From Octopus bimaculoides (taxonomy: Eukaryota), in NCBI RefSeq assembly GCF_001194135.2, contig NC_069000.1, positions 14,294,456-14,358,455 of the forward strand: 64,000 nucleotides of DNA. Direction: 5' to 3'. Below the pieces are notes generated by a model. It was not told the DNA's origin. It did not search any database and was given only the letters and a program-made list of their open reading frames with translations. This document shows positions 1 to 14,227 of the stretch, in pieces. Position 1 is the first letter of the stretch; each line of letters starts with the position of its first letter. The position numbers were made by a program, and so were the translations under genes.

Positions 1-434
1 TATATATATATAACCAAGGAGAATGGAATAAGTCCTATTATTTAACACCTAAATGAAATTATGTATGTGTGTACATGTATTATATGTGTGTGTGTATATA
101 TATATATGTATGTATGTGTGTATGTATAAAGATACAGTTATGCATTTTTAGTGTACTTAGTTGGTGTGCAGTGAATTTTCCAGCCTTCTTTTTGCTTTTA
201 TTCACTAAAACACTCTTAAATAGCTCTATATAGTTTCATAACTAATCCTCCAACCAATTAGATGTTATATTTCACACTATTCTGAGTAATAATTATGAAG
301 ATGGAAAAAAAGGCAAAAATACATCATCGGTAGTTTCATAGTTATTTCAATTTGTATTCGTTTATTGGATTCGGTCATGGGTTGTAGCCATGCTGCAGCA
401 TTTTGTGTAAAGTTGATCATATTGCTCTCCCCCT

Positions 435-496
<62 letters not shown>

Positions 497-597
497 ATAT
501 TCATTTTATCAACCTGTGAAAGGCATAGTGTGTGTGTGTGTTTGTGTAATTAATAGAGCAACAGAAGCAGTATTAATACCAAAATGCAATCTTTATA

Positions 598-760
598 GGC
601 ACAGGAGTGGCTGTGTGGTAAGTGGCTTGCTCACCAACCACATGGTTCCGGGTTCAGTCTCACTGCGTGGCACCTTGGGCAAGTGTCTTCTACTGTAGCC
701 TCGGGCCGACCAAAGCCTTGTGAGTGGATTTGGTAGACGGAAACTGAAAGAAGCCCGTCG
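598..760 (+). mobile_element. tRNA-derived SINE, family A (CORE-like gtggcaccttgggcaagtgtctt)
   Basis: Well-preserved copy. Related copies near 4580-4730, 5150-5300, 7925-8020, 11190-11500, 17530-17650, 25370-25515, 30660-30780, 32220-32360, 34500-34640, 47720-47870, 55400-55530, 57590-57730, 57880-58240. Confidence 0.8.
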
Positions 761-787
761 TATATATATATATATATATATATATAT

Positions 788-1674
788 NNNNNNNNNNNNN
801 NNNNNNNNNNNNNNNNNNNNNNNNNNNNNNNNNNNNNNNNNNNNNNNNNNNNNNNNNNNNNNNNNNNNNNNNNNNNNNNNNNNNNNNNNNNNNNNNNNNN
901 NNNNNNNNNNNNNNNNNNNNNNNNNNNNNNNNNNNNNNNNNNNNNNNNNNNNNNNNNNNNNNNNNNNNNNNNNNNNNNNNNNNNNNNNNNNNNNNNNNNN
1001 NNNNNNNNNNNNNNNNNNNNNNNNNNNNNNNNNNNNNNNNNNNNNNNNNNNNNNNNNNNNNNNNNNNNNNNNNNNNNNNNNNNNNNNNNNNNNNNNNNNN
1101 NNNNNNNNNNNNNNNNNNNNNNNNNNNNNNNNNNNNNNNNNNNNNNNNNNNNNNNNNNNNNNNNNNNNNNNNNNNNNNNNNNNNNNNNNNNNNNNNNNNN
1201 NNNNNNNNNNNNNNNNNNNNNNNNNNNNNNNNNNNNNNNNNNNNNNNNNNNNNNNNNNNNNNNNNNNNNNNNNNNNNNNNNNNNNNNNNNNNNNNNNNNN
1301 NNNNNNNNNNNNNNNNNNNNNNNNNNNNNNNNNNNNNNNNNNNNNNNNNNNNNNNNNNNNNNNNNNNNNNNNNNNNNNNNNNNNNNNNNNNNNNNNNNNN
1401 NNNNNNNNNNNNNNNNNNNNNNNNNNNNNNNNNNNNNNNNNNNNNNNNNNNNNNNNNNNNNNNNNNNNNNNNNNNNNNNNNNNNNNNNNNNNNNNNNNNN
1501 NNNNNNNNNNNNNNNNNNNNNNNNNNNNNNNNNNNNNNNNNNNNNNNNNNNNNNNNNNNNNNNNNNNNNNNNNNNNNNNNNNNNNNNNNNNNNNNNNNNN
1601 NNNNNNNNNNNNNNNNNNNNNNNNNNNNNNNNNNNNNNNNNNNNNNNNNNNNNNNNNNNNNNNNNNNNNNNNNN
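788..1674. other. Assembly gap (others at 3242-3836, 8532-8648, 41917-42011)
   Basis: N runs, mostly flanked by simple repeats. Confidence 0.99.
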
Positions 1675-1965
1675 AATATACATGTATATGTATGTGTATG
1701 CATATATGGAAAAATACATGCATGTGTATATGGAAATATACATGCATGTGTATAAATGGAAATATACGTGCATGGGTATATATGTAAATATACGTGCATG
1801 GGTATATATGTAAATATACGTGCATGTGTATATATGTAAATATACATGTATGTGTATATGGAAATATACATCCATGTGTATATATGTAAATATACGTGCA
1901 TGTGTACATGTGTAAATATACATGTATGTGTATATGGAAATATACATGTGTGTGTGTGTATGTAT
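1675..1965. repeat. Compound TA/TG minisatellite next to a gap
   Basis: Unit of about 24-26 nt resembling tatatgtaaatatacgtgcatgtg. Confidence 0.85.
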
Positions 1966-2059
1966 GTGTATAGTGAGGGGAAGAGAGAGGTTGGGGATGC
2001 ACTAGGATAATTAAGACAGTCCCGGACAACACATGACATTTACGTCTTCCTACGCACAC

Positions 2060-2703
2060 AAGTCAAGGCTGGTAGATGCACTAAAGAAGAAAAAAACTGG
2101 TTTTATGGCCTTCCTCAATACTACCCTTGATAACAAATGACAGCAACCTTATTATCGCAACAGGCAAAGGTGTTACTGGAGATAACACTTGGTTTCTGAA
2201 GTGTACACAGAGACTAGGGATATGATGTGAAGAATAATGTGGTGGTGGTGGGGGGAATCAAACTTCCTAGAGTTCTGTGATTCAAATGAGTTGACTGTTT
2301 GCAACACTAACAAGAAACCAGCCACTCAATCACCAACCAATTATGCAGACATACACACAAACCAGGTATTACTCTTTGTTCTCCAAGAAACAAGATAGGA
2401 ACATGGTTGTAAAAGCTAAGTGTTTACTTGGTGAATAATGTACTACTTGTGATAGTAACTTGACATGAACTAGTGATAGTAAGAGCTGGATAGATCCAGA
2501 TGTACAAGAGAATCAGGAGAAAGGGGATGTGGAAGCTGGAAGAGTCCTTGAATAGTTATACATATAACAAGAAGGAGGAGGAAATAGAGACCTGTAACAT
2601 AGAAGACAAGGCAACTGGGAGTTTCTATGAGACAACCTGTTGAGGGTTACAGCTAGATCTGGGGCTGACACAAGAGTTCAAACCAGGCAGAAGATGGCAG
2701 TGG

Positions 2704-2756
<53 letters not shown>

Positions 2757-3130
2757 TGCTAAGTGATGCTCCTGGAAAGACCAGATGAATGGGACAGTAA
2801 TGATCTATATTAAATCGCTAAAAGAGAAGCTAGACATCAGATATATGTAACAAGGAGGTGGATGTTTGCCAATGTTTTGAAACATTAAGATTAGAGACAT
2901 GAGGTGAACTGGATTTTAAGACACTGTACCACAGAGAACCCTAACATTTTAGGGAGAGGTACTTGATTTGACTGATTATCAAAAGACAGTCATGGAAGTT
3001 CTATTATGAGAAGTAGGTGGATAAGGAGAATGCATGGGAGAGGGCCTACCCTACTGAGGGGCTAGGTGCCAAAGTTGGCAGCAGTAGAGTTACAAGCCTG
3101 ATTAAGGATGTGAAAGCATAGTTTTATTAC
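2060..3130 (+). pseudogene. Degenerate RTE-type LINE endonuclease/linker fragment
   Basis: Broken frames give ESNFLEFCDSNELTVCNT, RKQDRNMVVKAKCLLGE and KREARHQIY; many stops and frameshifts. Confidence 0.6.
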
Positions 3131-6100
3131 CCCTACCATGAAACCATATTTTCTTTTCATACTGCAAATTACAAATATCTTCACATCTGCACACATACAT
3201 ACATATTTCCCTATATTAATACAAAAACCTCCCCCTCTCTTNNNNNNNNNNNNNNNNNNNNNNNNNNNNNNNNNNNNNNNNNNNNNNNNNNNNNNNNNNN
3301 NNNNNNNNNNNNNNNNNNNNNNNNNNNNNNNNNNNNNNNNNNNNNNNNNNNNNNNNNNNNNNNNNNNNNNNNNNNNNNNNNNNNNNNNNNNNNNNNNNNN
3401 NNNNNNNNNNNNNNNNNNNNNNNNNNNNNNNNNNNNNNNNNNNNNNNNNNNNNNNNNNNNNNNNNNNNNNNNNNNNNNNNNNNNNNNNNNNNNNNNNNNN
3501 NNNNNNNNNNNNNNNNNNNNNNNNNNNNNNNNNNNNNNNNNNNNNNNNNNNNNNNNNNNNNNNNNNNNNNNNNNNNNNNNNNNNNNNNNNNNNNNNNNNN
3601 NNNNNNNNNNNNNNNNNNNNNNNNNNNNNNNNNNNNNNNNNNNNNNNNNNNNNNNNNNNNNNNNNNNNNNNNNNNNNNNNNNNNNNNNNNNNNNNNNNNN
3701 NNNNNNNNNNNNNNNNNNNNNNNNNNNNNNNNNNNNNNNNNNNNNNNNNNNNNNNNNNNNNNNNNNNNNNNNNNNNNNNNNNNNNNNNNNNNNNNNNNNN
3801 NNNNNNNNNNNNNNNNNNNNNNNNNNNNNNNNNNNNAAATGTTTTTAGTTGGAGTTATGAACATAACTCCAACTAAAAACATTTATCTCCCCTTACACAC
3901 ACTTCCTGTTTTGACACCACACTTCCTGCTTAACACAAACTTTTAACCCTTTTTTAAAACTTAACACAACTCTCAATTCTCATGCATCCTTATTTCTCCA
4001 ACCATTATATACATGGATTACCATTGAACTTCAAAAGCTCAAAGACAATATAATGTATTGGTATATTTATTTTTTTATATATTATTTTTTTTATATATTA
4101 TTTTCTTCATTTTGTACTTCTTTGTAAAAAACATTTTCATTCTCCCTCTTCTTGAAAATTTTATGGACCAGTGTGAAACCCAAGTTGGCAACGTGTATTC
4201 TGACCAACCATATGTAAATAACTGATTTATATTTTGTCTCTAGTAATGAGTATTCTTTCTTCCATTTGATAAATATAACATGCACACCCATTTTAATTCA
4301 TATCTTTAAATATGCACATGCATCATAGGTATAAACAATCATCATCGTTTTTAGCATCCACCTATCCATGCTTGCATGGGTTAGATGGAGATTATTGAGG
4401 CAGATTTTCTGCAGTCAGAAGCCCTTTATGATGTCAGCACTCACCTCTTTCCAAGCAAGGTAATATTTACCCATGGCTAGACATTTTCTTGCAGAATATT
4501 GGGAACGAATGACACTGCTTGTATAACAGTGACACTCATTTACACCAGTCATGTCAAGATAAGGGGACACAAACACACACACACCCATGTATGACAGATT
4601 TCTTTCAGTTGTCTACCAAATCCATTTACAAGGCTTTGGTCAACCTGAGGCTTTAGCTGAAAACACTTATCCAAGGTACCATGCAGTGGAACTGAACCCC
4701 AAACCATATTGTTGGGAAGCAAACAGCTACAACTGAGCCTAAACAGTATCATGTTCAGTTAAATTCATGTGTCATATTTTTTTTACATTGTTCTCTGTTT
4801 CTCTTTAAATTTTTCTGTGCTGCCAAGATAATTTGGTATTTTAATGATATACTTTGCTAAACTATTTTTTGTGAGAAAATGTAACAATTATGTCAAAGCT
4901 ATATTTACAGGAAGAAATATGGTGACAACTATAATTCATTATTAATTAGTTTTATGCCACATATCAGACTTGTTCAGCCAGGCAGTAGACAATATTTATT
5001 TAAAAATGTTATTAATCTATGTATTATTTTTTGAATGATTCAAAGATTGTCATCATTATCATTATAACATTCATTTTTTTTATGCGTGTATGGGTCAAGC
5101 TTAATCTGCGGTTCAGATTTAGATTTATTTAGGAGTAGGTGTTGGCGTTGTTGTGTGGTTAACAAATTTGCTTCGCCGCCATACAGTTTTGGGTTCAGTC
5201 CCACTGCATGGCACCTTGGGCAAGTGTCTTCTACTATAACTCAAGTTAATCAAAACCTTGTGAAAGGATTTGTTGATGGAAACTGAAAGACAACTGCCTA
5301 GTGTGTGTGTGTATGTGCCATGTAAAAAGTATCTGTGCTGGTGTCACATAAAAAGCACCTGTACTGGTGCCATGTAAAATGCACCTGTGCCAGTGCCATG
5401 TAAAAAGCACCTGTGCTGGTTCCACATAAAAAACACCTGTACTGGGTCCACATAAAAAAACACCTGTGCTGGTGCCACATAAAATGCACCTGTGCTGGTG
5501 CCATGTAAAAAGCACCCAGTATACTCTGTGAAGTGGTTAGCATTAGGAAGGGTACCCAGCTGCAGAAGCCATGCCAAAACAGACAATTGGAGCCTGGTGC
5601 AGCTCCCTGGCTGGCCAGCTCCTGTCAAACCACCCAACCTGTGCCTCCACAGAACGGTGGATATTTTTGTTTCTTTGTCATGCCATTGCATTAGTGCTAT
5701 AAATAAACGTCATTCATTTCCAAAATACCGTGAAAACATGTCTGGCTACAAGGAAATATTACCTTGCTTGGAAACAGGTAAAGATTAGTGACAGGAAGGG
5801 CATCCAGCTGTAGAAAGTCAGCCTTAGTAAATTCCATCTGACCCATGGAAAAGTGGATGCCAAAACAAAGGTGGTGATAATGATGTAATTGTTAAATAGT
5901 TAAAAAAAAAAAAATTATACCCAACATTAGGTTAGACCTATGGTCTATCAGTCCTGAAGTTCCCTTGGCTTTTTAGGCAGCTCCACCAACCATTATTGTC
6001 TTGCCAACTTTACTTCAGTTACTCATTTTTGCTGAGTGAACTAAAGCTATGTGAAATGAAGTGTTTTCCTCAAGAACACCAGACATTGCTCAGTCTTGGA

Positions 6101-9100
6101 ATTGAAACTACAAGCTTACAATCATGAGTCCAACACCCTAACCACTAAGCCATGTGCCTCCACTGTTAAATAGTTCACATATTTAACTGCGACTTTGCAG
6201 TTATTCTAAGTTTATTGCTTGCTTGCTTGTAATTTAGTATAGTTCCACATCACACCATTCAGGAGTCACTTCAATTAATGACTTGACTTTTTGCTCTTAC
6301 TCTATGCTCTCATACCATGAAGGCGCATAGCTAAGTGGTTAGGGTATTCAGCACATGATCCTAAAGTCATGAGTTTGATACCTAGCAGCATGTTGCGTCC
6401 TTGAGCAAGACCCTTTATTTCACATTGCTCCAGTCCACTCAGCTGGCAAAAATGAGTTGTACTTATCATTCAAAAGGGCCAGACTTGTCACAAACTGTGT
6501 CAGACTGAATCTCCCTGAGAACTACGTTAAAGATATGTTTTTTTATGGAGTGCTCAGCCACTTGCATGTTAATTTCACAAGCTGGCTGTTCTGTTGATTG
6601 GATCAGCTGGAACCCATGTGTCATAACCAACAGTGTACCAGTAACTCTCATATCTTTGTTTTCTTGACTTGTTTATTAGTACAGTTTCTGCATATACACC
6701 TACAGTATTTATACTATGAATGTTTTTCTTGTTTCCTATAGAGAATAAACAGAGTTCATTAAGCTTTATTGCTAAGTTTAAATTTAAAATGCTGTATATT
6801 AAATATTTTGCAAGTTGTAGATATAGAGTTCCAAAGTGTTTAACATTAAGAAATTTGAAAATCTGCATGGAAAAGAGGTGTATTAAATGGTGCGTCTGCA
6901 AATAATTACTAAAAAAACTAATTATTATAGTAAGCACAGAGAAGCTGGGAGAATGCAGCTTGAATATCATAACTCTAATCAGTTAGTTGAGTGATATCAG
7001 ATTAGAAAACACGAAAATCAGAAGGCTTTAAGCCCTGCAATACATGAGAGGACAACCTTCACGAATCTGAGCTAATCCTTGAAATTTACTACTTGTGTAA
7101 TATATCTCCATTGGGAAAACTAAGATAGATTAGATAAGTTAGGAGAAAATTATGTTATAAAAGATAAAGTAGAAACACTCTGTTCTGAAAGTCTAAAACT
7201 TAGTTGTTGTTTTTTTGGGGGGGTTTTTTTGTGTGTGTAGTTATTTACAGCACGTTTTGGGGGTTTTTTTGTTTTTGTTTTTTTGTAACATGTAGATTCT
7301 TCCTTAAGCTTTTTTTTTTTATCTTATCGCTCTAAGGTATTAAGGAGTGAGAGGAGGAATACATTCAGTCTCCTTTTAGGAAGTGCTCTTATTACATTTT
7401 CCTCTGTTGTAAACTGGAGTATGTAAATTAAGTTGGGCTGGTGGTTTGAGATTTGACCAAACCCCCAGATAAATGAAAGATCGCTTACATATGCACACTA
7501 CAGGGGATGTTTCCTTGAAAATTGTTCTTGTGGGTCTGTCTAGAGTCAGTACAATCAAGTGACATATTTCAGTTCTTAAAGGTCTCTCAGGGTCTAACTG
7601 GAATACTTTTCATTGTATGTATTATGGATGTTTCTATAGGATCTGTTATTTTACCTGGGGATCAGGTTTTTATACATGTATTTATCTTTCTTTTGTCTGT
7701 TGTCTTTTACTTGTTTCAGTCATTGGACTGTGGTCATGTTGGAGCATCATCTTGAACGCTTTTTTAATCAAATAAATCAACCTTAGTACTTGCGGTTTTT
7801 TTTCTTCTTTTCTTTTTGTGGTACTTATTGTATCAGTCTCATTTGCTGGACTGCCAAGTTGTGGGGGTGAGATGTGGTGGTGACAAAGCCCTGACCACAC
7901 ACACACACATCACACAAACAATGGGCTTCCACACAGTTTCCATCTACCAATGTCACTCACAAAGCATTGGTCAGCCCTGGGCTATAGTAGAAGACACTTA
8001 ACCAAGGTGCTGCACTGTGGGGCTCATAAGGACATTGGCAGTTGTCCAGGTTCCTCTTGTAACAATTCAGTTCATTATTTTAAGTTCAATTTGATAATTA
8101 CATTATTGTAGATACTGAATGAAGCCTTTCCGATCATATTGCAGACTAGCCCGAAAAGCATCGGGTTTTGGATTCTGATCATGTGACATCTGAACAATCT
8201 AGATGCATCTCCCTGCAGACTTATTCCCACTCATCATCCCTCTTTCTACTCTCACTCTCCCCAGAGCCTGCAACCCTCTGTAATGATTCTCTTTCTCTCT
8301 TTCTCTTTCTCTCTTTCTCTTTCTCTCTTTCTCTTTCTCTCTTTCTCTTTCTCTCTCTCTCTGCCTACATTTTTACTAAAGCATATTTTATGCATAATAG
8401 CTCTTGTTTTTCCTATAGCTTGTAACTTCTGCATGCTAAATCCAAGTAACATGCTTACAAAAAGTTAAATTTCAAAAAGGGTTGGGTGTGTTTTTGCTGG
8501 GGGTTTTTTTTTTTTTTTTTTTTTTTTTTTTNNNNNNNNNNNNNNNNNNNNNNNNNNNNNNNNNNNNNNNNNNNNNNNNNNNNNNNNNNNNNNNNNNNNN
8601 NNNNNNNNNNNNNNNNNNNNNNNNNNNNNNNNNNNNNNNNNNNNNNNNTTTTTTTTTTTTTTTTCTTTTTTTTTTTTTAATGGTAGGATTATGTTGGAGA
8701 GAAATTATGTACATTATCTATCTAATAATCGTAAAATTGAATGTAAAAGACAAATAATGGATAAAAAAAAGTAGACTACAAGTTACACATTCATATAATC
8801 CATTTCAGAAGTTCCTAGTTTGTCTCTGAACAGGGGCGTTGAAGTCCACATGCATCAGTTAACTGTTAGAAATAAACACAAGATCTTTTGAGGAATGTTA
8901 TATCTGAGTCTACTGCCAAGTTATAGCATGCAGGTGCTCGCGCACACACACACACACACACACACTTGCCACTTTCTTTCACTATGGCTACTTTAACCCT
9001 TTAGCATTCAGTAGCCTTAGTGGTTAGGGTGTTGGACTCACAATTGTAAGATTGTGGTTACAATTCCTGTACCAGGCAATGCATTCTGTTCTTGAGCAAC

Positions 9101-10195
9101 ACACTTCATTTCACATTGCCCCAGTCCACTCAGCTGGCAAAAAGGAGTAACCCTGCAACAGACCGGCATCTTGTCCAGGTGGGGAATACATATGCCATGA
9201 AACTGGGAAACCAGCTCTTATGAGCCAGCATTACTCAAAAAGGTAAACTGATGTAGTTTAGCGAATTATTTAAATTAAGAAACATTCACTTTTTTTTATG
9301 TAAGGAATAAAGTTAGTTAGTTCATTATTAGTAATTGATTTGTCATGTGTTGTTCATGTTTAACCCATGACAGCCCTTGATTCTAGGGCACAAGCTTCTT
9401 TTTTTTCTTTTTTTTTTAAGTGATCTAAGTAAAAATTTCCTTTCAAAATTTCATGCTAATTTGTGTTTCAAATGTCAGTTTAATAACTGCAAAGTTATTT
9501 TACTATATTCTCCATTATTTCCAAAATTAATTGAAATAATGAAATAATGGGGGGTGTATTTCAGTTTGAAATATGGTGACACAAGGGTCAACTTGGTCAA
9601 GAAACGGAGCTTGTGTAACTAAATAAGTATTAGATATATTAGGTAAAATATATGGAGCAAATGCATTTGACCTCGACTATTCTGTGTAAGCAAGAATATT
9701 TATGATAGCAAGTTAGGTGAGCTTCTATCAATATCAGAGGGTGAGGAAATTGAGAGGAATTAGTCAAGTGAAATAGTTACTGACTGGGAATCAAATCTGG
9801 GTCATAGATACAGATGGCTGGGAGCTTGTCACTTTATTATTTTTTTTATTATTTTACAAGCAGGAGGCATATGGGTTATAATTGCTAGTCTCGTTTTTTA
9901 ATGAGCCTTTCAGAATGGGATATCATGTCTATTTTAGAATTGGTTTATTTATTTATCTCTCTTGACAAACTCACCTGAATCTAGTTTCACGTTACCTAGT
10001 AAGTTTTCTATTATTATTTTTTTCTTAATATCAGCTTCCTGTAGGGTGTTTTTTTTTTTGTTTTGGGTGGGGGCGTTCTTTTCTCTACAGCTTTGCTGTT
10101 AAGATTACTTTCATGTTCTGAGTTCAGTTCCTGCCAGTGTTGACTTTGCCTGCTATCCATCCAATGTTGGTGAAATACTATCAAGTACGAGGGTC

Positions 10196-10430
10196 TATTT
10201 AATTGCCTGCATTTGAAACCAAGACCATAGAAAGTAAAATGAAAAAAAATATTTTAACTCAAATTGAAATCCAAACTTCACAGGGTTAAAAAAAAAATAA
10301 ATAAAGGAAATTAGAATTATTTAATTGCCTGCATTTGAAACAAAGACCATAGAAAGTAAAATGAAAAAAAATATTTTAACTCAAATTGAAATCCAAACTT
10401 CACAGGGTAAAAAAAAAAGAAAATTAGAAT
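10196..10430. repeat. 122-bp tandem duplication
   Basis: tatttaattgcctgcatttgaaac...cacagggt starts at both 10196 and 10318. Confidence 0.9.
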
Positions 10431-13400
10431 TGCTAGCAATTTTGGATTTTACACAAAATGTCTAACTTAAGAAGATTAGTCTATAATCACTCAGTGCATA
10501 TAGTTCAGTCTTTTATCTATTCAAGTAATCAATATATATCTTTTACTCTGTGCTGTTTATTGACTCTACTATTTCCCTTAAAATTTTTTACTGCCATATC
10601 TCTGTGGAGACACTACCTTTGTTTCAATTAATTTTGAAAACAATTAAGAATTTATTTATATAACTTTATCATCATCAAACTGGTTTACGACAGTGAGCTG
10701 GCAGAATTGTTACCATGCTGGGTAAAATGCTTAGTGGTATTTTGTCCGTCTGTATGTCCCGAGTTCAAATTCCACCAAGGTCTAATTTGTCTTTCATCCT
10801 TTCAGGATCGATAAAGTAAGTACCAGTTGCACGCTGGGATCAATCTAATTGACTTTATTCTCTTCTATAAAATTGCTGGCCTTGTACCAAAATTTGAGAC
10901 CATTATTAAGCGGGTTTTGAAACATAAATTAACACAAAATTTTGATTGGAAGTCTTTATTAAGGTCATTTTAAAAACAGGAACTTTGTATCCTAGAACCA
11001 GGGGTGGTCTCAGGTCAGTTGGTGTCAAAGGGGTTAATCTGTTATAGTTAATAACTGAATCCTCAACTAACTTGCCAATATCTCAGTTGTAAAATGTTAG
11101 TAATAAACTTGCTGGCTGTGCATTTCTTAGACATTTACAGTTAAGGTAAATAGCTTGAAGTATTTATCTAAAAGATTTAAACAAATGCAGGCATGGTAAG
11201 AAGTTTGCTTCCCAACCACATGGTTCTGGGTTCAGTCCCAATATAGCCTCAAGCCAACCAAAGCCTTAGAAGCTTGCCAAGTGTGTGTCTAGATAGATGT
11301 TTGTGTCTGTGTTTGTCCTCCACCTCTGCTTGGCAACCGGTGTTGGTATGCTTACATCCCCATAAATTAGCAGTTGAGCGAAAAGAGACTGGTAGAATAA
11401 AACCAGGCTTAAAAAAAACAAGTACTGGGTTTGATTTGTTTGACTAAAAGTCCTTCAGGGCTGCACCCCCAGCATGGCTGCAGTCTAATGACTGAAACTA
11501 GTGAAAAGCAAAGAAAAGAAGCTGACAAAAATTATGGAAAGAAGAAAAGCATAATGATAATTCTGTTCTGACCGAATTTGTATGTTAGTTTATATGTATT
11601 GCCCTACAAACTTTAATCAAGTTATTGGACTGTTGTTAGAAGCCATAAATTGTCACATAAAACTATAAATCAGTTTCAAGTATCTCTTTTAAAAAAAATT
11701 TTTGTTTTGAAATGAAGTCAAATTATATATGTATCACAATGTAGCTGAAATAAAATAGACTCAAAGAAGCCTTCTGTTTATTAACCTTTAGATCCCATCC
11801 TGCCTGAGACTAACCCTGATTCTATGACACCAACTTCCTGTTTTAAGGTTATCTAAATTAAAGGCTTAATGATGGCAAAGTTATTTTTACTGAATTTTTC
11901 ATTATTGTTAAAATTAATTGAAACCAAGACAGGAATATTTAATGAGAAAAATGGTTAAAAACAAAGAAGGCAATGGCGGGGTTAAATACAAGTGATATAG
12001 ACTTTGTCTTTTCCTTTTGTTGTACAAGTTTTCTAATTAATTAGAAATAAATCAAACAGATGAATTTTTTTTTAAATACAGCTTACAGACTTGAAATTTT
12101 CAAGAATATTTGCATTTTAATTGACTAGATTAAGTTTATCTGATTGTTCAATTTTCTCATTCATTAGCAATTTTACAGACTTAACCCCTTAATGTTCAGA
12201 TTACACTCTATCAAGCATAATGCTTATTTATTCATTATTTTGAATTTATCATGCATTATCTCATAGCTTTGAGATTTCAAAAATATGATTGCTTATTTTT
12301 AGAATGACATTGTAGAGCAGGTATGAGAGGCTAGATCCAGCTGGTTTGAACATAAAACAAGTAGAATATTTGAGCCTGGCAGTTGGTTTAGATGCTAAAA
12401 GCAGATCAATATTAATGTCTTATGTATGAAGATATTTTTCAGCGGCATTTACTATAATTTCATTTTAATATCGGACCTCTTCTTATGAACTTGTTTTGTG
12501 TTAATTTAGCCACAAGCCATCCTTAATTGAGTAGATCTCTTGAACTCTCCAGCCATGACCATGTAACAGGGAATCAATTATCCCATATGTTCTTCCTTCT
12601 TTAACATGGCACAAGCCTCTATGTTACCTTGTAAGGCTCTGCATTTCCAGATTTGACCTCACTATGTCTTGCATTTTTCTGTATTTGCTGTCAATTTGAC
12701 GGTGTGTGTGTGTGTGTGTGTGATTTTTTGTAGGGGACAGGTATTGATCGTTCTTGTTACAATTATGTAGCCTTGAACTTGTCTCTCTTTCCCAACAGTA
12801 CTTCCTTCTGCTAATACCATAAATGCTTGGTCTTTCATGCAAGTTTAACTTTGTATATCTTGTAAGTCATAGGAAACATCTTAAGTTTCAATATCAGACT
12901 GCACCACACCTTTTTTTCTTTCACATACTTGGAAACAGCAACCATTTTGTCAAGTGATGTGTCTGGAATTTAGAAAAATACTTATTACATGATATAACTG
13001 AAATTGCTTTTTTTTTTTTTTGGTACATGGCCAGGGATTTTTTTTTAATGGGGGTAAGTCAATTACATTGACCCCAGTGATCAACTGGTACTTATTTATC
13101 AACCTTGAAAGGATATATAGCAAAGTTGATCTCTGTTGTATTTTAAACTTAAATTGTAAAGCCAGAAGAAATGCTGCCAGTAGGGTAATGATTCTGCCAG
13201 CCTACCACTTTCTACCATAATATATTTATGCTGATGATTAAGTTTGGTTCACTTTTTGGTGGCAAAATATCATTGTTTTACAAATAGAAATTATTAACAA
13301 CTGATTTTGTAGTCTCTCCATAGAACGTTGAAATATGACTTCATAATTTTAGTGGTTGTCATCTCCTTTCCAGTTCTTTTACTTTCTAAGGCTTTTTTTT

Positions 13401-13520
13401 TTTTAGTTCTGCTCTTGCACCAGTCACCATTAAAGTGGTGACAACTGAATTTCTCTTTTTTAGTTTTATATTGCATATAACTGCTGTCATTATTTTATAC
13501 ATATATATATACAATATGTA

Positions 13521-13573
<53 letters not shown>

Positions 13574-14179
13574 TTCAGAGATGGGCAAAACCCATGTTCT
13601 TTGTAGGCTCTCTCAAACCAGTGATGGTGATGATATTCAGTTTCAGCATTTATATATATATAAATCAATGTTTGTACGAAAGGCAAAGGTAAAGAGGAAT
13701 CTTGGTGATTTGCATTTTGGGGGAATAAAGACTGGGCAAAGTGTATTTCATTCTATCTTTCCCAACTCAGCTGTGAAGAGTAAATAGAAAAATCTCAGAA
13801 TAACACTGACAATAGATTGATGTTGTGTCTAGAAGGAGATTCATTATTTATGCAGCATCATGTACTCAATCATGGATTTTAGAAACTCATCGTAGCTCTT
13901 CATGATATTTTTTCCGTTTTTTTACTTGATGATAGCAATGCTTACTATCCACACTGTCTCTCGTGTATTTTGAACACTGTTATTTGCACCAATATTTTCA
14001 GAAAACTGTCAATACCAACTATATCTAGACATTCCATTTCTTATAATTGTGCTTTATTTTCCCTAACAATTTGGAACATTCCATTTGCATCTGTTTTAAA
14101 TTCAGTCTGCAGTAATTTGCTTTGGGAAATAAAATTTCTCAACTACTTTGCTCCAAGTATCTAAATATAAAGAATTTAG

Positions 14180-14227
<48 letters not shown>

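Noticed and set aside
593-3882. Long ORFs (up to 488 aa) in the ORF track
   Set aside because: They are made of N-gap X runs and microsatellite translations.
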